Notes under the pieces: model-generated
Database searches by the model: none
What the model was told of the DNA's origin: nothing
Seen by the model: the letters and a program-made list of their open reading frames with translations, nothing else
Translations under genes and position numbers: made by a program
NCBI GenBank assembly: GCA_030704615.1
Contig: CM060734.1
Span: 37,572,001-37,636,000, forward strand
Source of the DNA: Takakia lepidozioides
Taxonomy: Eukaryota > Plantae > Bryophyta
Length of the DNA: 64,000 nt
Direction of reading: 5' to 3'
In this document: piece after piece, positions 23,880-37,879 of the stretch
Position numbering within the stretch: position 1 is the first letter of the stretch
How the letters are laid out: each line of letters starts with the position of its first letter

Positions 23880-25270
23880 TCTTCATATGTAACCCTATTT
23901 TAAGTAATTCCGGATTTTTGGCTTAAATCCGGACCAAACTTAATATATAACATAATTAAAATTATTTCAGGTATTAATAATAATATCGTGGAATATTGAG
24001 TCATTTAACTTGTGAAGTTGCACAATCCATTCATGTAACATCGAATGGTAAGTCGAATGACGTACTTTGCATCAGAAAATTATAAAGATAAGATCGATTG
24101 AATGAAATTATTGATAGATGTATGACGTAAACAGATGATTCAAGAATATAATATACAAATGAAAAGTAAACATCCATACCATGCTTACAGTATAGTAGTA
24201 CCATGAACCAATGTATTGCAAGTTTTCAATTGATGGATTAAAACGTTGAATGGAATAAGGTTGGATTTCAATGAAACCTGTGAATTATGTTTCAAAATAT
24301 TTAGGGATCATTCCGATATTCATATGAGAACCAAATATTGTGGAAGAGTGTCATGTAGATTCAACTATAAAGTCATTGAACCAAGCTGGAATTAGGTTTT
24401 AGGTTATAGAGTTTGGCTAGGGTACATTGAAACATAGTACTTGATATGAATGAAAAAAAAAAATATGGGAAAGTGTACAGATGACTTGGCACCTATGAAA
24501 ATTTGTTAATGAAATATCCCAACCACAGATTGTATCCAAATTTCTATGAGGAATGTGAATCAAACAGTGGAGTTTGGTTTAGGGTTTAGGGTTTTAGAAA
24601 ACTGTAAATGGACAAACAATTATGGTTTACCCATATGTAGAACAATTCATGAAATATTATCCCCACCACTTCGACGTACCCAAAATTGGAAGTAATAAAT
24701 AAATAAGCATCAAACATTGAAATTAGGTTTTAGGGTATAGAGTTTGCGAGGGTACTAACCATAGTACTTGGTATGAATGGAAAAGAAAATATTGGGAAGG
24801 GTACAGATGACTTGTCACCTATGATTTAGGGTTTAGGGAATAAAATTTCTCAACCACAAATTGTATCTAATCTATGAAGAATGCGCATCAAACAATGGAG
24901 TTACGTTTAAGGGCTTAGGGTTTAGGGTTTAGAGAACTATAAATGGACAAACAATTATGGAATGTGAGTATTTACGTGGAGGTCGTACAACAATTCAGGA
25001 AATATCCCCTCCACTTCGACCGCACCCAAAATTGGAAGCAATAAATTAAATAGGCATCAGACATTGGAATTAGGTTTTAGGGTACGGAGTTGAGTAGTGT
25101 AGTAAACATACTACTGGGTATGAATGGACCAAAAAATCTGGGAAAGTGTACAAGTGACTTGTCACCTAAGAAATTAGACTTGAATGAAATATCCCAAGGG
25201 CCATTCTATTATGCCCAACCTTGTAACCCTTGAAGAATGCGCATCAAACATTTGAATTAGGTTTAGGGTA
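23880..25270. repeat. Left subterminal region: three ~330-345-bp units rich in TTTAGGG
   Basis: AATTAGGTTTTAGG-(TT/GT)ATAGAG-type unit starts near 24390, 24720 and 25068; AAATGGACAAACAATTATGG at about 24607 and 24941. Confidence 0.8.
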
Positions 25271-25994
25271 TATGGTTTAAGGTGAGGACAATGTAAGGAC
25301 TGAAGGCCCCAGAAGTATTGTCTTTAGAAGGTCCTAATAAAATAAACAGACCCAAGATAAATTGACCTGAGATGACACGGAATAACGGGTGGCAAAGCGA
25401 GGTTCAGGACTGATTAGTGACGAAGAAAATTGAGAAGAATCTTAAGATAGTCCGAAAAGGCAGTAAAAGAAATGTAACTCTGTACTTAAAACCAGACTTA
25501 CAGAAAGCTACTGACGAGTAATGGGAGAAGATTCACAAGATTCAGAAGCAGTAAACCGCGAGAAAGCTTGTCCATTGAAGCAACAACTTTCACAAATTGC
25601 CACGCGGTTTATACTCGGGACATTTTTTAGACCAATCATATTGAGCCCAACAATACGACCATGTGGACCGAGAATGAAGGAGATGGACGAATTTGTTGAG
25701 GAGAAGACACTTTGGTGAGAACCAGAGAACCAAAAGAAATGGATGTAATGTGAGAGAGGAACTGCAAAGAGAAGGAAGCAGTGACATCAGGAAAACTAGG
25801 AACTCCGAAGTCCGGATGATCACTCGAGGTTCCTGAAACGTTACAGAGATGAGGTCCGGGAAAAAGCTGGTGGCTAGCAAAGAAGGTAGATTAATATTTG
25901 AACACGTGAAGAGAAACAAATGGAGAGTGGAGGTAAAACATTAGTTTTATTCTTGAAAACATGCCAATGAGTGAACCTCCACAATATGTCCTTG

Positions 25995-28900
25995 TCAACC
26001 TTGTTCTCCGCCCGAGGTTGCATTGTCTTCATTGTTTGACTGTTGATTGGCCTCATCCAAATTTGCTCGTGCTTTCTCCGCCTCCACCGCGGTAATTTTC
26101 TTAGAGCTATTACGTGTCATGTTTTTTCTGGCGGGCATTGTCCAAACGACAGAGTTAATGTGAATCCACTGAGGGGGATCATCTGGATTGAACTCCCGAA
26201 CTTTGGACCAACAATCTCTGTACCTGTCCAAATCGGAAGGGCTACCTCCTTTTTTGGGTCTCCACCATTCGACGTGAACCTTTTTAAAATTCTTGGATCC
26301 TTTGTCGCGGACCACATCTGATATTGCCATTCCCATCCAAACTGGAAACGTCACAGTATCTACTGGTCGAACCAAGACGAAGAATCCGTTCTCAATGTCC
26401 TTGAACGGATTTAGAGGCTGCTTCGGTCTATCACACCGGGGGCCACAATACGGCTCCATGACTTCATCTTCTTCCGACAGATCATCCTCCACAGGTGTAT
26501 GGATTTCGGCTCTGTGGTGGTTGACAGCCCACTTGGTTGAGGGCCAAAAACCCTCTTTAAGCGCGATTGAATGTCGTGATTCTCTAGGAATGGGAAGATC
26601 AAGTTCTGCAAGGATTGCTTCCCAGTATTGATCATACTGTATCATGATGTCACGATAATGATCGTCAAGCAACATCCATTTCTTCCAGAACTCCCTGTAT
26701 TTTTTAATTCCAGTTTTGATAAAAGACTGTTTATCGGATGAGTCATCTCCCACACCCCAAATTGGTGTTTTTTTTACAGCCCTGGGTTGTACTGCTACAG
26801 GCAACTTTGGAGATCCATCGGGATTCGACTTCCACATCTTCACCGCATTTTTTTTGGGGAGCCACTCATAATCAGTAGCAAACTTCTTGAACTTCATGAC
26901 AGGCCAACCATCTTCATCTACATAGAATCGAAATACATAATACATGCATTTCTGTTTGCCCAACTAAAGCCTCTTTTCCATCGAGAATGCAACCGTCCAC
27001 ATACGCCTTGAAATCTGGCACCTCTTGAATGATTTGAGGAATAAAAAGCAGATCTTGAGATATCATAAAAAACCTCATAAGATCGGAGAGAACGTAGATG
27101 TTAATTTGCTTCAGCTTCTTCGATAAATAACTGAAGAATCCGTCGATGTCCTCATGGGTATGGCCAACCATGAGAAATCCCATCTGAATCTCCTCAAACA
27201 CTCCTCTCACAGCTAGGAGCGCCAGCATCCACCTGTTTTTGTTTTCCTTCACGCAGTTGTCCAACTGCAGGTAGAGTCTTCGCGGAAGTGAGACTTTTCT
27301 TTTTTTCTTCTCCTTATCGCCGAAAGGTTTCAGGACGTCGAGACACCTCGAGTTACGCTTCATGAGAGATTCGAAAAAGGAATTATGAGGTGGGTGGTCA
27401 AAGATGTTACGACTTTTGTGGCAAGAGGGCTTCTCTAGTTGGCGGAGGCATCTTGCTAGAGAGCCAATCGTGAAGTTCGGGTCTCCCAGCCAGAAGTCCA
27501 GAGAGTACTGTCCGTAGGCTCCGTCCCCGTAGCCGTGGGTGACCATGCCGGTTAGCGAGATTGGAAACTGACCTAAGCCAGAGACCATCTTGTTCGTCGT
27601 CTGCAACCTTGGAATAGCTGTTGTCATGGTTTTAGTCATGGTTATCTAGAATTACCTACTTCTAGATAACTAGGACATTTTAGATATTTATATTTATATT
27701 TTGTGTGTTGGGACTTCATTTGGTCTCACATGCCAAGTGAGGTGTCGAGCCTCACTTGAGACATGGAGATAGGTTTTCCCCTTGTGAGTGTTGAGGAGGC
27801 TCATATTCTTGTAGTTGAGCCTCCATGAGCTTCTCTCACCTCCATAGCTCTAGGTATTGAGAGGGAGTGTGTTGAGGGCTTTGTAGGGTGGATTCCTTTA
27901 GCAAAGGTGCCCTTGGCTTGACTTAGTTTATGTGATAGAGTGGATTTCACTTGGAAGGACTAGGGCTTGTTCTTCATGTGATTGCTTCATGCTTTGAGAG
28001 CTTTCGTTGTCTTCTACTTCTCTCATTTCTCATCTCTTATCACTACAAGAAGATTGTGGTATAGCTTTCTAGGATTGTGTGCTTAGATTGTGTGGTGGAC
28101 AACGATGTATGTTGTGGCACGATGCTTAGGTGCACGACACTGTTTTCCGATGATCCATCTTGTCATGAATGATGCAGAGGAACTCGGATGGCATCATAGC
28201 TGACTCATTCCTCCAGCTGTGATAGAGTCTCTTGCAAGACTCCTGAAGCCTAAGGTGCTTATCAAGTGCTTTCTTGTGCGAGGCCTGCTCATCGCTACGT
28301 TTGACCGACTTTTTGATTAGGTCTTTGAGCATCTCATAGTCTGTGCATTTGGCAAACGTGCTACCACTTTTTCTAACCTCGACATTGGGAAAAATCCGTT
28401 GTCTGATTCTGCTGACGGCTGCATGGGAGATAGGCTTCAACCCACATATTTTATTCGTCTGCAAGATAGATAGGGGGAAATGAACCTTGCGTGATCACCC
28501 GAGCTTTAATAGTGAGAGGTCTGATACATTGCGTGGAAGCAAAACAGGGAAGGTCCCTAAAAATATAGAATTCGGAAAATGGTAAAAAAAAAAAAAAACT
28601 GACCTCACACTCCTCATGAATTTTTTTCCAGTTCAGTTCAGGTGGCAGAACTCGAAGAGTATCTCTCCGTCCGTCTCCAATACAACGGGTCTTATGAGGC
28701 ATGAGATCGGAATTTCCGTTTATAATCGACATTAAGTTTCCTTCAGCTTGACGAGTTTGTGGACGGGGCCGTTTCACTCCGGAATTCCCGTGCAATGATG
28801 TAACCACACCCTCTCTGCTTAATTTTTTGTATTCCATGTAGGTTGAACGACCGATTCCGTGAATTGTCCACCAAGTAGTCTCACACACATCAACACCCTC

Positions 28901-29907
28901 AATGGTTATGTAGGCCTTTGTCGAAACCCCGTCGATTCGATGAAGTCTTTTGGGAACATCAAAACCGAGCTCTCTCCGTTCGTCGTAAGAGGATCCCCAA
29001 TAAGCGGTCCGGATAGCGAGTGTTTTTCTCCAGTCGAAATATTGGCAACACTGTAAATTGCAACATTGTTTGCTGCTGACTTCTCGAACTGCCTGCAGAA
29101 AGAGGCGAGTATTTATCTTTTTGGAATCGTCTTTTTTCGGATCTTTTTTTGGTCTGTTGAAATGCCGGTATGCTGCTTTTTTCACACCTTTCTCGTTGTG
29201 ACCAATATATGTTTGTTCCCGGCTATTGATGAGACTGTGAAGCTCATGTGACTATGTCCTACCACTATCAATCAACCGAGTCTGCGTCAATGGCCAGTTC
29301 ACGAGACACATGAGATTGGCCAAACCGCCATTCAAAATCCTTGTAATGAGCACCCCGACGTGATGTTCTCCAACTTTCTCATAAAGTATCACATCATCAG
29401 GATGACATGCTTGAATTTTGCCCTTCGTGCAAAGCACTTTGTTCATCTCCAAGGAGAATACACAATTTATTTCTCCAACTGTCTCTATCCATAACAACAT
29501 CATTATTCGGAGACGGCCTTGACATGTCAGATTCAATTTGTTCATTGAATTTTGGATGGTAATCAGCCGCAGATGTCAATTCGACCTCCGAGAACTGAGG
29601 AACCTCATTGTTGGTGTTGGTGTCAGTCCCAGTATCTTTTTGAATTTGCACCACATCCCAAACGACAAGTTTTCCGATTGCTTCTCCCAAAGAGTCCGCA
29701 TCCATGTGCGGATATGGCAACAATACAGAAGAATGTGCCGGATCGCAAGACACTATAACAACAGATATTGTGGACCCGTTTAGATGTCGTCCATGGCAAC
29801 TTCCGCAAACCAGTCACGTTGAGACATTCTGTTGTTGCGACGATAGAGTTCGAGCCCTGAAGAGTGAGGAAAACTTGTTGACCAGTTTGGAACAACGACA
29901 TTTCCAC
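25995..29907 (-). pseudogene. Sola-like DDE transposase (DUF7869-type), spliced, disrupted by frameshifts and a solo LTR
   Basis: CCNLQCC, FAKCTD, IIHDKMDHRK|TAIPRL (rejoined across the LTR), LYLQLDNCVKENKNR, FLMVGHTHEDIDGFF; C-terminal VLVRP..PVWMG..VEWW domain. Confidence 0.65.
27622..28139. mobile_element. Solo LTR (518 bp) with 4-bp TSD CTGT
   Basis: TGTCA...CGACA termini, CTGT on both sides (27618-27621, 28140-28143). Removing it restores KMDHRKTAIPRL. Confidence 0.9.
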
Positions 29908-29913
29908 GAACCT

Positions 29914-32900
29914 CGCGCGATCGCGCGTGTATCCTACAGTAGAGATTCTGGTGATTAATGATTCGACACTTTATCGATGGACACTAAAAAAGAGTGAAAC
30001 AATAACTGAGGATGAAAATGAAAATGAACCTCGCGCGATCGCCCGCGTTTAGGGTTATAATGATTTGGAAATTGAAAATAAAACTCGGACTCTCGGATTG
30101 TCTACTAGAATGTAGAACGTAGGTCTCTTTTGGTCGAAATAGAAATTTGTAGAAAATCAAAAGATCTGCTAAAGTTACGACCCGAATGCACAACATTGTC
30201 TACGACTCCATAACAGAAATAGAACCACATCGACGGGTGTTCGCGCGTGGTTTAGATGGATGAAATGAAGGACGGATGAATAATGGTAGACGACTTTCGG
30301 ATGACAACTAAGCAAATGGATGAATAAATGAAACATGGATGAACGAAACAGCTGTAGTGCGAGTGATCATTCGAAGTACATAAAACGGTCAGATGTGTAT
30401 GTAAGATCTTTGCATACAGTGGATGGGAACAGAAGAGCAGAGAGACAGAAGAGAAACCCAGATGAAGTGGAGAGGCTCTCAATATTGACAGGAGTACAAA
30501 GGGGAATGAACGTAAAACAGACAGTCCTGAAGATCAGCGAGCCAGAGCAACTGAGAGGGAGAAAATGACATGCATGCACAGGGCAGGCTCTTATACGGAT
30601 TGTCAAACAATACGAGGTTGACGTGTTCACATTACAGAGGTGCGTTTGGAGTGTCATGGATCGACAAATTGTCGCCCTGGATATGCTCTTTCATGTAATC
30701 TAGTGGCTATTATGTGTCCTCCAGAGCATAAATTCAAGAAGGAGTCTGAAGTCCACCGAACATTAATGGGTCCTAAGTTATTGCGTCCAATGCGAATAAC
30801 TAATTGATTCGAGATCTGGAATCTGACATCCAAAGCACCAGAGTTGAATTAATGATACAAGAGAAGGAATAGTCGGCGACGAAAGTGGCCGCCTCTTAAG
30901 GCCATTGTGATGAGCCAGCGGCCATCTATGGCATGGTGACATTAAGTAGCCGCAATGAACGTGGGGCTGTAGATGAGGTGTAGGTAGAGAAAACGTGAGA
31001 CCGATCAAATCCTAGATGCACGTCCCGACACCTCATTATTGAACCTATGAATAATATTTTATCATTGGATGAAATAAGAACCTTCACGGATGAAACAGAC
31101 GTATACTGGATGATTCAACTCCCCTCATGGATGAGCGCCGTCACAGGAACCCGCAATAATTCCAGGGTGTTCACTTTATGAAGGCGTCGGATTGCCGCAC
31201 CGTAACATTCTGGACAAACTAGTGGAGTCCATTCATTACTGATAGTCATGTCGCATCATTGATTGTACCTGCATAAATTTAGGGGTCCTCAGCGAATCGT
31301 TGGGAAACATCTCGCCTTTCATTCATCCATGCATCGAGGCCACAAACCGTAGGATGCGACATAACGTCGACGGTTGAGATCACATGTGGTAAGGCATATA
31401 AGGAGGAATGACCGAAATGAGTCTCTTTTTGCATTCATTTGATACACGCGGAAGCCCTGTTCAATTTTGGACTCAAAGCAGAGAGGTGGAGATCGAGTAA
31501 GCGAGAGAGTGAGAGATCGAGGGGGCATGAGTTGGAGTGAGTGTGGGTTTGAGCAATTCACTGTGTGCGGGGGTTCGTGCATGCAGTGAGGGATTCTTCT
31601 GTGGGCTGCAGAGATTGCAGGTGCATGCTTGATTGATTGTTTGCTTGATTATTTGCTTGTTTTGATTGTTTTGATTGCTTGTTTTGATTTTTTGATTGAT
31701 TCCAGAGTTAAAGAGGTAGGATGGTCGATAGAATGATTGGGAATTGTGGAAGATTTCGGGATATGTAACGACTCTGGATTCGAGACATGAGAAATTCCGA
31801 TTTCATAGGGTTCGTAGGTACAGCTGGCAACTGTTTAGGGTTTGCAGCCTATGGTGTAGGCCTCAGTATAGGTACCATGACACAGTCCATTCACGCGCAA
31901 TCACGCGTGAACTCATTTTACCATGTACAGTTCTGGATACCAAACTGTGTTTTTTGCTCGATTCGGTTATGCACATTATTTCCATGATCTGCATTACGTG
32001 CCTCTCGAGTAGTAGGGATTCCTAGTGATTTCGTAAGCCGTAGAGAAACCTCGCGCGATCGCCCGTGTTTATTTCAGTGATAGTATTGCGAAACATGGTT
32101 TAGTTAGGACTTGGAGCGAGGCCAGTAAGCACTTTCATCAAGGGAAATGTCTGAACGAAGCACGCGCGATCGCGCGTGCTTCATTCAGTAAAAGTCGTCA
32201 CCTACAGGAGCACTAACGAACAGTAGGTAATACCAAACTGGGTCGAAGAAATCATTCATTAGTAGGACACTAAGCTTAGTCTTTTCAATTTTAAGGATTA
32301 TGCAATTATTGAACCTTGCACAATCGCGCTAATTTGACTCCATAGTTTACTGCCTGAGAAATTGAAGATGTGATGCGAAAGAATGCCTTGAAGAAGCACG
32401 TGCGATCGCGCGTGCTTTATTTGGTTGGTACTTGTATTCTAGCGACCAACAACAACACCATTGATACCCAGATGATTACATATGAGGATATGTCTGAGTG
32501 CATACTCAAAACTGCAAAGTGTTTCGGAAGACATTAGTTCACATTATACAATGTCAACTAAAATCTTCCGTCGCACTTTATCTGTCTTGTCATGTACACA
32601 AAATATGATAATTCCTGTATGTCGTGACATGGTCACTCTTATGTATGATGGGTGGAGGTGTTCAGTGTGGATACAATAATATCCAAATATCAATCCAAAG
32701 TCTAGGGCAGTTTGAAATATTACTTGTCATCAACATCGCTTAGGTTGGTCATCGATTATGTCGACCACTGTTTCTGATTAGATAGTGAAGATGTGATGTC
32801 CATGAATGGTTAAAAAGAGCGCGCGCGATCGCGCGTGCTTCATTCAGTGCAAGTCGACACCTATAGAAGCCCTATCGAACAATGGCTAATACCAAACTGT

Positions 32901-35900
32901 ACGTGGTCGAAGAAATCATTCATTAGTAGGACAATAAACTCAGTGTTTTCAATTAAAAGGATTATGCAATGATTGATCCTTGCGCAATCGCGCGAATTTG
33001 ACTCCGTAGTAAACTGCATTGGATGGGAAATTGAAGATGTGATGCGAAAGAATGCCCTGAAGAAGCACGCGCGATTTGGTTGGTACTTGTATTCTATTTT
33101 AGGCAGGCATATATTCTCGTGAAGGAGACAATCCCGAGACAACTGTGCTGTCTTCCTCCACTGAAGAAGTGGGGGGAGACAATGTAAAGGATAACGCTGA
33201 TTCTAAAGACGTCTTCAATAAGGAGATTTCAGAAATAGACTCAGGGGTGGGATTCAGTCGTGTGGAGGGGGATATGCCATTACGGATGTCACCATATCAA
33301 GGTTTAAGCCAACGAGTTAGAGACATTGTTGATGGTTAGGCTTCTAGGGCATTGGTCGGCGATGAAAACTTTGTTGAAGTGAGTATTGCAGATTATGAGC
33401 TGTCCTGACACTTGTATAACCCAATTTATAACAAACTTGATATAACATCAGAATCTTTTACCAATGGAACTATTAACCTATTGCACAGTGATAGTCTCGT
33501 AAATGAATCGAAATTTATACGGAAGTCTAATCATCCATATTTTTTGTAGATCCGTGAGTCCAATACGGAGGAAGTAATACATACGAGAACAAACGACACA
33601 CAACAGCGTACAATGTAGAAACAATACGACTTGAGAGTGAGGATATCGTCGCCCAAGGTGGCAGCTTCAGAAACCGCGGGCGATTGCGCGAGGTTACTTA
33701 TGGGAGGGGTCGACAAAAACATACCGGACGGCGAAAGACCCATCGCCGGTGGAATTGGCGGCAAAACCTCATCCAGCTTGGAGCAAGTGCCGCCAAAGCT
33801 GGTACTTCATTCTCCGCCTTCTGCTTTCTTTTTTGCATTCCATTGCGAAAATATTTCAATGAATTAATAATTATTTCCTAATGGGCAGGATGATATGATC
33901 TATCCACCACACGACTATTCCCAAGCTGTCAATCCCGCGGATTTATTTGCTCTTCCAATGGGTCCAAATGGATGTCAGCCCGGATATTATGTCCTGGTTC
34001 TGGATGTCGGGTTCCTATGTGAGGTTTACCTCCAGAATGGGCCAAAAACCCCTCCCGCAACTCAACCTTGCATCTCCGTTGGAAGATTTAAGTTAGCAAT
34101 GCGACATGAGGTGGGAGACTTCTTCAAATGGGTCGTCAAGAAGTTTTGGGTCATCTTATGGAACACTGACAAAGAAGAGACTGTCGTGGATTTCAAATCA
34201 GCCTTGTTCGGGAGGAACGCCCACAAGGTCATGCATTACAGTTTCGATCTATGTGTGGAACATAGACTTACTTTCAATACATATTGGCCTACACTACCTA
34301 AGGCCCCAATCTACTTCAAACGACTTTACGACTTGTTCGTAGACCCTGACTCTAAAGCCTATAGGTCTAACACCCTGCTTATCGATGTCGTTGGGAACAT
34401 GTACAAGTCTTTCCTCAATCCTTTGAGCCTGGTCATCTTCCTACCTAAATACGAAGCACTTGTAGATCCATACAAGGATGATTTTTGGATGGGTCATCTG
34501 AAGCCCCACTTGAAGAAGTTGAAGCATTCAAAAATGGACACTTGGGCCTTCAATGAGCATAACCCTTTTGGAATACCTAAGGATATCTACTTTCAGGATG
34601 CTAGAGTGAAATTCATTAATGGCTGGGACTTTCCATGGCCTAAGAACAAGGAGGAATGGGATGCACATCTAAAGTACCTAGAGGCCCTGGAAGTGGAACA
34701 TGAGATATTAAAGTGACTAGTTTTGAGAATGTATTGGGATTCTGAGGTCATTGAGTTCCTTATCTGTTCATGGGATTCTTCTTTTCTTGATTTACTTAAT
34801 TGTCTTTATCACTCCTTCACAGATCCGACAGCCTAGATCTCCACCTGTGAGGGGACCTCACTTGATAATTTTTGACGTTAATGGAGTGCTATGCGAAATA
34901 ATGAAGCGCCAGAGCCCAGGACCTGCTCCACGTTTTTCGGAATCTGATTACAGCATTCCTGCTATTGTTGGGTATCGGCAAATCTTTAGACAGAAGATGT
35001 ACCGGGAAGTTTGGCAAGAGTTACACAAGCACTTCATTTTAGGTATCTGGAGCTGCATGGTGCTTAAAAACTTAAATGCCATTCTGGATTTGCTCCTACG
35101 TGGTCTTCCACGGCCAGCGTTCATCATGTCGCAGGAGGATTGTATCATTTGCCCAAGCAATTTGCACCCAAATTACCGAACGGAACAAGATCAACCTCAT
35201 GTGTTCTTGAAACCACTCCTTAAAGTATGGCATAGTTCTGAAGGTTTTTACAATCAGAGTAACACTCTGTTGATTGATGATACGGCTTTGAAGTGTTTGC
35301 TGAACCCTCCTGAATCTTATCTTCTTCTCAAGACTTTTGAGAACATCGACGTCGACGATTTCTTCCTTCTCAAACTTAGAGATTTCTTGCTTAGCTTCTT
35401 GAAATTTGAGAACGTCTCAAGCTTCTTGAAAGCAAGGAGAATATGATTTCCACCTTTCAAAATTAACGATCCACAATTCATGCCTCTTTTTGACTATATT
35501 GACAATTCACAATATCGTGATTTCCGAGTAAATGATAAGTGAATATTCGCGTCCTACTGTGGACACAGTTTACTATTTAAAATTGATTGTGAAGACCATG
35601 GAATTTCAGTCTTCTTCTGATATTCTTTTGCTTTGCATGGAAATTGTTATATTGCCAAACCATATGTAACGGTCAATGGATTCGTTGTTGCTTTATGTCC
35701 GTCGATTTCTTTTCGGAACCACGCGTGGTCACGCGTTCTTCCAACTCAACTTTGTTGACATATATTTCATTTGCAGGTATGCCCATATCAATATGTTCTC
35801 CATGCCACAAATGCATCTCCAATTGGCGAAACAATATCGTCTGATATTGTTGACGATGTAGAAATGATCAGGCCAGAAGCTTTCCAAGGACCTGACAACT

Positions 35901-36822
35901 TGTTGTCTACTCAGGCATCCATTGCTGTTATGGAGAGTGTTTCGAGGCTTAAAATGTCAAAAGGTGAATCCACAGTTAGCAGGGTCGATGATTTAACTGG
36001 GGTTGGCTGCATAGTGGAGAGCGACTCTCAATATATCTTGGGGATTCCTCCTTGGAGCCGTCCTTCTCCCAACACTTTCCACCAGACGCCGTCACGGGGC
36101 ATCTACATGAGTCTACCGAACAATTGGTTGCAACTATCGCTCAACTGCCTCCTCATCATGTCGTAATTCCAAGCGGGTCACCGGATCACGAGGGCTGGAC
36201 ACCTCAGCTGCTGAGAAGTCAGGTGATTTATTTCTATTTCATCCATGCGTTTTATTGTTACCGTGTTTCTGTTCATCCTCTGATTTTCTCTCTTTACTCT
36301 AGGCCAGAAAAGCTGCAACGTATGACCTTCCTGTGTGAAGCGACAACTTCTGTGGGGTTGTATTCCAAGGTAATCTTTTTTTTTCCGTTTGAATTCGGTT
36401 CAGGATGTGCAGAAAGAAAGAAACCAAATTCCATTGCCAACCGTCAGCGAGAAGATTATTGAACTCACTCATTCGCCGACTGAGGTCAGCACACCGACGA
36501 GACCGACAAATATTTCTGCACATCCCCAACCCCCCAGAATTCCGGATAGTCTTGTGTCAAGGAAACGTCGCAGATCACAGCAGTCAGCGGCGGTCGTGTC
36601 CGACGATGAAAAAACAGCATCTGACGTTCTGTTATCCCTTCAACATTCACCTGCCTCCAGTGGTAACCCGCCTCATAATCGGAGGGTAAATCTAGCAAAG
36701 GTAATAAGTATCTCCTTCACTTGGTCCTCTGTCTTATTGGTTATGGCTTCCTAGTAATCATTACATATATCATTTACGTTGTCGACACAACTTTCACAAA
36801 GTAACCTAGCGCGATCGCGCGT
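29914..36822. repeat. Dispersed palindromic motif CGCGCGATCGCGCG and variants, plus a ~300-bp duplication
   Basis: Copies near 29914, 30032, 32052, 32163, 32398, 32821, 32982, 33677, 36810; 32150-32450 resembles 32810-33100. Confidence 0.8.
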
Positions 36823-37150
36823 GGTTGCAGGAAACTCAGAGACTCCCGATTGTGATTTTTTGTCTCAAGTCTCAATTGGATGTCATAATGCTGAAAATAT
36901 TACCTTAGCAAAATATTCCATTTGAAAATCAGGGTATAGAAACGAGGTAAACCACAAAACGCAAGTATGTCGTGGCATTTTTTGAGTTGCAAAATGTATC
37001 GGAAATACCTATTTTTTGGGTTAGATAACATAAACTAATGGGCTCTTTTGGATGGTTCAGAACGTTGTTATTCAAGAAATGTGTGGTGTCCGGAAACACA
37101 AACGCATGTTGCTGGTACTGAGTGTCAATGGACTTCTTTGCTACAGGCCA
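33890..37150 (+). pseudogene. Multi-exon gene with two full and one truncated FCP1/NIF-like HAD phosphatase domains (TE cargo)
   Basis: VLVLDVGFL...NTLLIDV..KSFLNP (33890-34712); LIIFDVNGVL...LGIWS...NTLLIDDTALKCLLNP (34823-35446); LLVLSVNGLLCY (about 37105-37145); GT-AG sites between segments. Confidence 0.7.
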
Positions 37151-37879
37151 CCTCCTACCGGAGGTGATCTCTCTCACCCTCACCCTCCTCCGCTCACTCT
37201 TCCTCCCTCCCCTCCCTCCATCCCTACTTTGTTTTTTCTTGCTCTCGAGCTCTCCCGGGCGCAACTACCCCTGCGCGCCGGAGCGTTTTCCGGCGGCGGT
37301 GACGCAACATTGACGCGCCACGACGTTCAAACCCGCGCGCGCCCTCTCTCCATCTCGCCCTAATCCCTCCCCCTCACTCTCTCTTCCTCTTCTATCTCTT
37401 TTTGTTTTTTTTTGCTGTTTGAGTGAGCTGGGAGCGCACCCCCGTGACCTGCTGGTGGAGCGCCAGCCGAATGCCAGCGCCGCAGGAGGGACCCGCCAGC
37501 GTGAAGGAGCTGCCGCGTGAGGGAGCTGCCCTCCCTCTCCTTCTCTCTATCTCATTCTCCCTCTTAGCTCTCACTCTCCCTCTCGCCCTTATCTCTTTCC
37601 CTCATTCTCTCCCTCGCTCTCTCTCTCCATCTTCTCATTTTTTTTTTTTTTTTTGTTGTTTGAGCGAGGGAGTGCGCCCACGCGACCTGGTGGTGGAGCG
37701 CCAGCGTGAAGGAGCTGTTGCGTGAGGCGCCCAACTGCAGGTAAGCAGCCATGCATTTCTGATCTTCATAGTGAGAGATTTCAGTGAGAGTTTGGGTTCC
37801 ACGGAGTAGACAGTGGAATCCCCACGGATCTCATAGTATATAGGACAATAGAAGAAGTGTTCTTCAGTTTCAATTTCAT

